A stretch of DNA of 64,000 bases from an uncultured Thermoprotei archaeon (lineage in GTDB: Archaea; Thermoproteota; Thermoprotei; Thermofilales; B15-G2), in the NCBI GenBank assembly GCA_965367815.1, contig CBDUKN010000004.1:1-64000 (forward strand). Reading direction: 5' to 3'. Position numbers and translations under genes: made by a program. Below are positions 58,432 through 64,000 of this stretch, piece by piece. Position 1 is the stretch's first letter, and each line of letters starts with the position of its first letter. The notes beneath the pieces are model-generated. The model was not told the DNA's origin and did not search any database. It saw only the letters and a program-made list of their open reading frames with translations.

Positions 58432-58529
58432 TAATATATTGGCAGACCATAAAATAATATTTATTCTCTTTACGGCTAAGTTTATAAAGCCTCGTTATGT
58501 TATCACTTATTGTGTCTAAGGAGCATTTC

Positions 58530-59552
58530 ATGTATAAAGAGATCTACGAGGGACCTGACGCTATTCTGAAAACTTTAAGCGAGGAAAAAGACAATGCTGA
58601 GAAAATAGCTCGAGAAATTCCTGAAGGCAAATTTAAGGCAATACATATTATCGGAAGTGGAACGAGTTTTCATGCAAGCTTAGTGCTACAATACTATTTA
58701 AGTGCCTTAGGAAAAGTAGAAAGCACGGCAATTCCGGCCTCAGAATATCTTCTCTGGAACCCTGAATTAGACAAGTATGCCGTAATAGCTTACAGCCAGT
58801 CAGGTGAAAGCGGCGATATAATCGAGGCTCTTGAAAAAATTGACAGAAGCAAGGCGAGGATCTACGGAATAACCAATACTCCTGGAAGTACTCTAACCAA
58901 GATATCCGATTTCTCTATAGTAACAAGAGCTGGTGAAGAAAAAGCAGTTACCGCTACAAAGACCTTTGATGTGCAAATAGCTGCGGCAATAATGATTTCA
59001 GCGAGTATTAAGGAGGAGAATAAGCGCATTAGAGAGGGATTGGCTGAAGTTGCTGAAGACTTAAAGAAGATTCTGCCCGAAATAGACAAGGAAGCTGAAA
59101 AAATAAGCAGTGAGATCAAGGGAGCCGAAGACCTTTACGTGCTGGGAACTGGAAAATGTTATCCAATTGCCCTAGAGGCTGGACTCAAATTTAAGGAAGC
59201 GGCCTGTATTCACGCAGAAGCATTTGCCCTAAGAGAATTCCTGCATGGACCCGTGCAGCTAGTAGATGAAAGCACTCCTGTCATCATAATTCTTCACAAT
59301 AAAACAGCTAGAGAGCGAGCAGAAAAAGTCATTAAAAAGCTCAAACAGTACAAGCCACCTATAATAGCTATTCACAGCGAAGAAATAAAAGTAGATGACT
59401 TTGCAAGCGAAGCAATAAGCATACCTATAAAGGATGACATATATGCAACACTATACACTGTGAAAGCTATTCAACTGCTATCATATCACACAAGTATAGC
59501 TCGCGGATTAAACCCAGATAGTCCCACTAAGCTCACAAAGGTCGTTAAGTAA
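58530..59552 (+). CDS. Double SIS-domain sugar-phosphate isomerase/deaminase (GlmS C-terminal / GlmD-like)
   Basis: MYKEIYEGP, GSGTS, SQSGES, EGLKFKE-like, HGP, PD-x-P-x2-LTKVV; no glutaminase domain. Confidence 0.88.
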   Translation: MYKEIYEGPDAILKTLSEEKDNAEKIAREIPEGKFKAIHIIGSGTSFHASLVLQYYLSALGKVESTAIPASEYLLWNPELDKYAVIAYSQSGESGDIIEALEKIDRSKARIYGITNTPGSTLTKISDFSIVTRAGEEKAVTATKTFDVQIAAAIMISASIKEENKRIREGLAEVAEDLKKILPEIDKEAEKISSEIKGAEDLYVLGTGKCYPIALEAGLKFKEAACIHAEAFALREFLHGPVQLVDESTPVIIILHNKTARERAEKVIKKLKQYKPPIIAIHSEEIKVDDFASEAISIPIKDDIYATLYTVKAIQLLSYHTSIARGLNPDSPTKLTKVVK

Positions 59553-60577
59553 TGTTGGCGGTAGTTGTTGGAGGTTTTTTTGGAGACGAAGGAAAAGGAA
59601 AAATTTGTGCTTATTTGTCACTGGCAGATAAAGTAAAAGTTTCTGTTAGAACAGGGTCTGTTAACGCTGGACATACAGTAGTATACAAGGGTCGAGAGTA
59701 TAAGCTGAGAATTATTCCCTCAGCTTTTGTGAACAAAGAAGCCAGATTACTGATAGCTCCAGGAGCCAACTTAAGGCTTGACGTATTTTTTAGTGAGCTA
59801 AAAGAGCTCGAATGTTTTAACATAAAAAACAGAGTTGGCATTGACCAACATTGTAGCATTGTTGAGAGAAGGCACGTTGAAGAGGAAATGGCAAACGAGC
59901 ATCTGACTAAGAAAATAGGGAGTACTCGCCAAGGAGTAGGCGCGGCGGTTAGAGACAGAGTTATGAGAGTAGCTCGACTTGCAGAAGATATAGAGGAGCT
60001 TAAAGAGTTCATAACAGATGTTCCTTCAGAAATACAGAAGGCTTTGTCACGAGGAGACAATGTGTTAATAGAGGGCACTCAAGGAACATTTCTATCACTC
60101 TATCACGGAACCTATCCTTACGTAACTAGCAGGGACACTACAGCATCGGGAGTCTGTAGTGAAGCAGGAATAGGACCTAAGGATGTAGATGAAGTAGTAA
60201 TAGTTTTTAAGTCGTATGTTACGAGAGTAGGAGCAGGGCCTTTAGAGGGAGAATTGCCTTTAGAGGAGGCTAGGCGTAGAGGGCTACTAGAGTACGGTAC
60301 AGTTACAGGGAGACCTAGAAGAGTAGCACCCTTTAATTTCGAATTAGCTAAAAGGGCAGTTCTTCTAAATAGCGCTACTCAAATAGCTTTGACGAGAGTA
60401 GATTCTCTTGAACCATCTTGTAGAGGTATAAGAGAATATAGTAAATTACCTAAAAGCATCAAAGAGTTTATAGAAAAAATAGAAGATTATCTAAAAATAC
60501 CAGTATCTATTATAAGCACAGGTCCAGAAGTCGAGCACACTATAGACCGTCGAAAAGATCTTGGACTGTTAAGGTAG
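59552..60577 (+). CDS. purA: Adenylosuccinate synthetase (short archaeal form)
   Basis: GDEGKGK, NAGHT, EGTQG, GTYPYVTS, TRVGAGP, GTVTGRPRR. Confidence 0.96.
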   Translation: MLAVVVGGFFGDEGKGKICAYLSLADKVKVSVRTGSVNAGHTVVYKGREYKLRIIPSAFVNKEARLLIAPGANLRLDVFFSELKELECFNIKNRVGIDQHCSIVERRHVEEEMANEHLTKKIGSTRQGVGAAVRDRVMRVARLAEDIEELKEFITDVPSEIQKALSRGDNVLIEGTQGTFLSLYHGTYPYVTSRDTTASGVCSEAGIGPKDVDEVVIVFKSYVTRVGAGPLEGELPLEEARRRGLLEYGTVTGRPRRVAPFNFELAKRAVLLNSATQIALTRVDSLEPSCRGIREYSKLPKSIKEFIEKIEDYLKIPVSIISTGPEVEHTIDRRKDLGLLR

Positions 60578-61336
60578 TGTAACGTAGTCTTCTCCGCCTG
60601 TATATATTTGCTGAAGAAGAATGTACAGCTTATCTAGGCCCTCGCCCGTATTGGAAGATACTGGGACTATTTTAAACGTCTCTACAATATCTGTAATTAG
60701 TTCGCATATTTTTTCATTGAAATGCCTTGAAGGAGTTTCTTCTTTAGCAAATTCCGCGAGTAGAGATTCTGGAGAGGAGATCCAAGTTTCTGCTTTTTCT
60801 ACATCTTTTTCACTTAATAAATCGCATTTTGTTAAAACTACTATTTGGGGCATGCTGAATCTGTAGAAGACAGAGACAGAAAGTAGCAAGGAGGAAATAA
60901 ATGTAGAAGGCGAGAGAGCAAAAACTGAGTCTATCAAAAATAAAATAGCGCTCCTTTCTTCTGCTAACTCGTTGACAATGTAGGTTCCAACAGTTCTAAA
61001 AGCAAAAATCTCCATTTGTCCTGGAGTGTCTATGAGCACATATCCGGTCTTGTAGCTTCTTATTTCGTCTTTAATTGTGTAGAGAGCTTCTGTTGCAAGT
61101 AAGTCAGTTGCAGCGATTATGGCTCCATTAGGACCTAGATTATATTTTCTCATGAGGTCTTGTGCTGTTAAATAATTTCTGACGTCGATATCAGGTTCAT
61201 ATGGAAGCCATTCTGCTGCGGGGTCTAAATTTACTGTAATGGCGGGGATATCGTTTGCGTCAAGCCATTTAGAGAATGATGCTGTTAAAGTGCTTTTGCC
61301 ACTACCTGCAGGGCCAATGATGAATACTGTCAACAT
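60569..61336 (-). CDS. GPN-loop GTPase
   Basis: GPAGSGKS, NLDPA, LGPNGA, DTPGQME. Confidence 0.94.
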   Translation of the reverse strand: MLTVFIIGPAGSGKSTLTASFSKWLDANDIPAITVNLDPAAEWLPYEPDIDVRNYLTAQDLMRKYNLGPNGAIIAATDLLATEALYTIKDEIRSYKTGYVLIDTPGQMEIFAFRTVGTYIVNELAEERSAILFLIDSVFALSPSTFISSLLLSVSVFYRFSMPQIVVLTKCDLLSEKDVEKAETWISSPESLLAEFAKEETPSRHFNEKICELITDIVETFKIVPVSSNTGEGLDKLYILLQQIYTGGEDYVTLP

Positions 61337-61731
61337 TGTTCATGCACCAGTTTGAATAAGGGCTTTTTATTGGTTCTAATCTTTTTATAGACTTCTATTA
61401 CTTGTAGCGCGAAAACTCCATCGATATAGTCTTCTTGGTCTTTTAGAGTTCTGAATCCGTGGATCTTTAAGTCATGAATTACTTCTTCTACTTTCTTTCC
61501 TCTTCTTCTCTCGATATCACGTATAATGTCTTTAAATACTCTTTCATTGAAGTCTCCGTAGTCGTATATGCATGGAGGCTTAAGCTCGGGATCTATTTCG
61601 TTAATTAAGTCGAATAGTAATACACATGTTTCGGCGTCTCGTTCAGCGGGGCATCGTTCGTAGCAGTGAGTTAGAGCATAGTTGAGTAGCTTACGTAGAA
61701 GATCTTTACTTATTAAAACGTATTCGGTCAT
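61330..61731 (-). CDS. Hypothetical Cys-containing protein
   Basis: HC-x3-CP...C...PPC; overlaps the start of the GPN GTPase. Confidence 0.7.
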   Translation of the reverse strand: MTEYVLISKDLLRKLLNYALTHCYERCPAERDAETCVLLFDLINEIDPELKPPCIYDYGDFNERVFKDIIRDIERRRGKKVEEVIHDLKIHGFRTLKDQEDYIDGVFALQVIEVYKKIRTNKKPLFKLVHEQC

Positions 61732-61782
61732 AGCTTTTCAGAATAATTTAGAAGTCCTTACTATAAGGTTAACTGAGATTGG

Positions 61783-63120
61783 TTAAAATCCTGCTCGAAC
61801 AATGTCTCTTGGTTTCATGAGTTCTCTAAGAAAAACTGTAGCATAATTGCCTTTTCTTAGAATAAACTGTACTGTAATAGATTTACTAGAAATATTTGAT
61901 AATTTAAAGTTTTCTACTGTAAAACTTAAGTGTCTATAGCCACCCTTATTAGACACTTCAGGTAACGATTCTACTCTAAAATTCTCCAGCTTTATTCCTT
62001 CTTCTTCAAGCACTTCTCTCTCTATTTCACCTGGAATTCCGTCACATAGTCGCGTATTAAAGCCAAACAGATTACCCACTAGAATAGCTTTATTGTTCTT
62101 TATTAATTGTAGTAGATCTTTGAAGTTTGTTTGTGAAACTTTTATAATACTGCTGAAGCTGCCTATAGGAGTTAGTAAAGCCACATAGTCTCCTATCTCT
62201 GGAAATTTTAAGGAGAGCCCTCGTTCTATTCTCTTGCTTAGCAGTAGATTAAATAAGTATGATTGATAGGCTTGAACAAACATTCTTCTGAGTGTTAGCG
62301 GAAGACGTCTAAGAGCACCGACATAGTCGTTTGGATGTTTCACTAAATAGCTAGCAATAGCCCTCTCGTGGCGCAGCTTTGAGGGGTATATTTTAAGAAT
62401 TACCTTCGGGTCTCGAGAGTTCCAAGCTTCTCTTCTTGCTTCATAGTTTTTTTCCAGAGGAAAGGGTCTAGCTACATATTCCCAGACTGCTGCTTCAAAG
62501 TCTCCCCTAATGATATATTTGCCCACAATGTGAGTGACGGGTCTAATTGTGCCGAATCTCTGATAACCGTAGTATGCGGGGACGCCTCCTTGAGTTCTTA
62601 TTTCATGCAAAGCCTTTTCAACTATCCTTTTTGCTTCTTTTTCATTTTTTACTTCTATATCTGAAATTTTTATTTGGAACCAATTTCCGTAGAGCATTCC
62701 AGGAGACAGTTTAAAGGGGCGTCTGAAAAAACCGTATAACTTTATTTGATTATGTTTAAATTCCTTTAAAAGAGTTTCATATGATGGATAGGTTGATACG
62801 AATTGCCTTGTTATGGCCTTAGCGTCCTTAATGCCAGCAAAGTAAAAATGATTAAAAGGTATTCTCAGCGCCTTAGATAGCTCCATTATTGCTGAAATCA
62901 TATCTATTCCTCTTTTTTCTAGAATGAACCACAAGTATTCTCCTTTAATATCGCTACTAGTATTAATTGAAAAATTTGCTCTCAAGCCGTCTACGCTTAT
63001 TTCTTCTACTATAAAGTCTTCGAGACGAACTCTAATTCTTCCACCAATTGGTCTTGTAGAGGTGATGTAGAATTTTAGCCCAAGTTGATGGTCTAATTCT
63101 GCCGAGCTTAAGGTAGGCAT
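61783..63120 (-). CDS. truD: tRNA pseudouridine(13) synthase TruD
   Basis: EDFIVEE, AGIKD-x2-A-x-TRQ, YYGYQRFG, AYQSYLFN, GNYATVFLRE. Confidence 0.95.
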   Translation of the reverse strand: MPTLSSAELDHQLGLKFYITSTRPIGGRIRVRLEDFIVEEISVDGLRANFSINTSSDIKGEYLWFILEKRGIDMISAIMELSKALRIPFNHFYFAGIKDAKAITRQFVSTYPSYETLLKEFKHNQIKLYGFFRRPFKLSPGMLYGNWFQIKISDIEVKNEKEAKRIVEKALHEIRTQGGVPAYYGYQRFGTIRPVTHIVGKYIIRGDFEAAVWEYVARPFPLEKNYEARREAWNSRDPKVILKIYPSKLRHERAIASYLVKHPNDYVGALRRLPLTLRRMFVQAYQSYLFNLLLSKRIERGLSLKFPEIGDYVALLTPIGSFSSIIKVSQTNFKDLLQLIKNNKAILVGNLFGFNTRLCDGIPGEIEREVLEEEGIKLENFRVESLPEVSNKGGYRHLSFTVENFKLSNISSKSITVQFILRKGNYATVFLRELMKPRDIVRAGF

Positions 63121-63122
63121 AA

Positions 63123-63491
63123 TTACCTAAGCAGTTTAAGTGACCCCGTTATTTTATCTATTTCCTTGGAGGGTGCAGGACCTATTGCTACAGCAGTTAA
63201 CGTATTAGGAGGAATTTCGGTTAGCCCTTTATCTCTCACAATTGCTGTAGGAAGATTCATTTTTCTGGCTTTTTCGTATATCTCAAGTAGCTCCTTTTCG
63301 CCCGGGACTTGGAGTACTACTTTTTTCTGAAAACCATTAAACCATTTTTCCCACCATTGAGGATAACCTCTTCTAGCGTTCTCTGAGGCCATTACTGCTG
63401 CATGAGCAACTTGAGCAGCTATTTTGCCCTTACTCATCTTAATATCTGTTCGCACTACAATTACTTGCTTTAACTCTTCTTCAGAGGACAT
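63123..63491 (-). CDS. pth2: Peptidyl-tRNA hydrolase Pth2
   Basis: KQVIVVRTD, MSKGKIAAQVAHA, D-x-GLTEI, AIGPA. Confidence 0.96.
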   Translation of the reverse strand: MSSEEELKQVIVVRTDIKMSKGKIAAQVAHAAVMASENARRGYPQWWEKWFNGFQKKVVLQVPGEKELLEIYEKARKMNLPTAIVRDKGLTEIPPNTLTAVAIGPAPSKEIDKITGSLKLLR

Positions 63492-63547
63492 GGTCTAAGC
63501 AATTAGCTATATTTGCTGTATAATTTTAATTTATCTGGGGATCGAGA

Positions 63548-64000
63548 ATGAGTGGCGAGACCGTGAAAATAGAAGTTGTTGAAATGAAGATACCAGAAGA
63601 GTGTAATATCATCATAGGCATGGCGCACTTTATTAAAACCATAGAAGATTTGTACGAGGCTCTAGTTAATGGAGTACCAAACATAAAATTTGGACTTGCG
63701 TTCTGCGAGAGCTCGGGTCCGTGTCTTATAAGGGCGGAAGGAAATGATGAAGAATTAAAAAAAGTAGCAATAGAGAATGCACTTAAACTCTCGGCAGGAC
63801 ATGTCTTCGTTATAGTTTTAAAGAATGCTTGGCCTATAAATATACTTAACGCTATTAAAATGGTTCCCGAAGTAACTCGAGTATTTTGTGCAACAGCAAA
63901 TCCTGTACAAATTATTGTGGCAGAGACAAGCCAGGGAAGAGGAGTCTTGGGAGTGATTGATGGCTACAAAACTAAAGGTATAGAGGGACCAGAGGACGTT
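63548..64000 (+). CDS. Adenosine-specific kinase / DUF355 family (runs off the window)
   Basis: Manual translation NIIIGMAHFIKTIEDLYE...FGLAFCESSG...GHVF...FCATANP...QGRGVLGVIDG. Confidence 0.88.
   Translation, partial: MSGETVKIEVVEMKIPEECNIIIGMAHFIKTIEDLYEALVNGVPNIKFGLAFCESSGPCLIRAEGNDEELKKVAIENALKLSAGHVFVIVLKNAWPINILNAIKMVPEVTRVFCATANPVQIIVAETSQGRGVLGVIDGYKTKGIEGPEDV

Noticed and set aside
8318-60866. Numerous Ser/Leu/Phe-rich ORFs antisense to housekeeping genes (e.g. 9161-9637, 24376-24918, 58004-58519)
   Set aside because: Typical antisense shadows with no motifs, fully nested opposite confident genes

Overview
Core-genome window of a thermophilic crenarchaeon (Thermoproteota, most like Thermofilales/Thermoproteales). 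Support: GC-rich 23S rRNA 3' end with no 5S downstream, crenarchaeal PolB1, eS30/eL13, GatDE and AT-rich CDSs. Most of it is housekeeping: ribosomal protein/secE/spt5/ftsY superoperon, alaS, nop5/fibrillarin, tRNA modification enzymes, pyrG, mat, purA, acdAB, rio2 and GTPases. There are three tRNAs (Gln-UUG, Arg-CCG, intron-containing Lys-CUU). The first ~4.7 kb is a decaying accessory zone with HEAT-repeat, B12-radical-SAM and ACR3/BASS transporter pseudogenes and a TetR gene with a clear operator array. Elements missing from the ORF track: rpl39e, two box C/D sRNAs, a K-turn/K-loop hairpin RNA complementary to the 16S decoding-site region (52065-52137), and a 31-aa Glu/Trp-repeat micro-ORF heading an operon with a truncated TFS-like protein and ABCE1. 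Also notable: a tandem pair of CdvA-like coiled-coil/SHOCT proteins whose Cys4 N-domain recurs as a stand-alone gene, a tail-less uL10 with no adjacent P1/L12, a two-TM SecE and a membrane-anchored AAA+/VWA chelatase-like protein. No CRISPR array, integrase or transposase was seen. All calls are by eye, without database searches.
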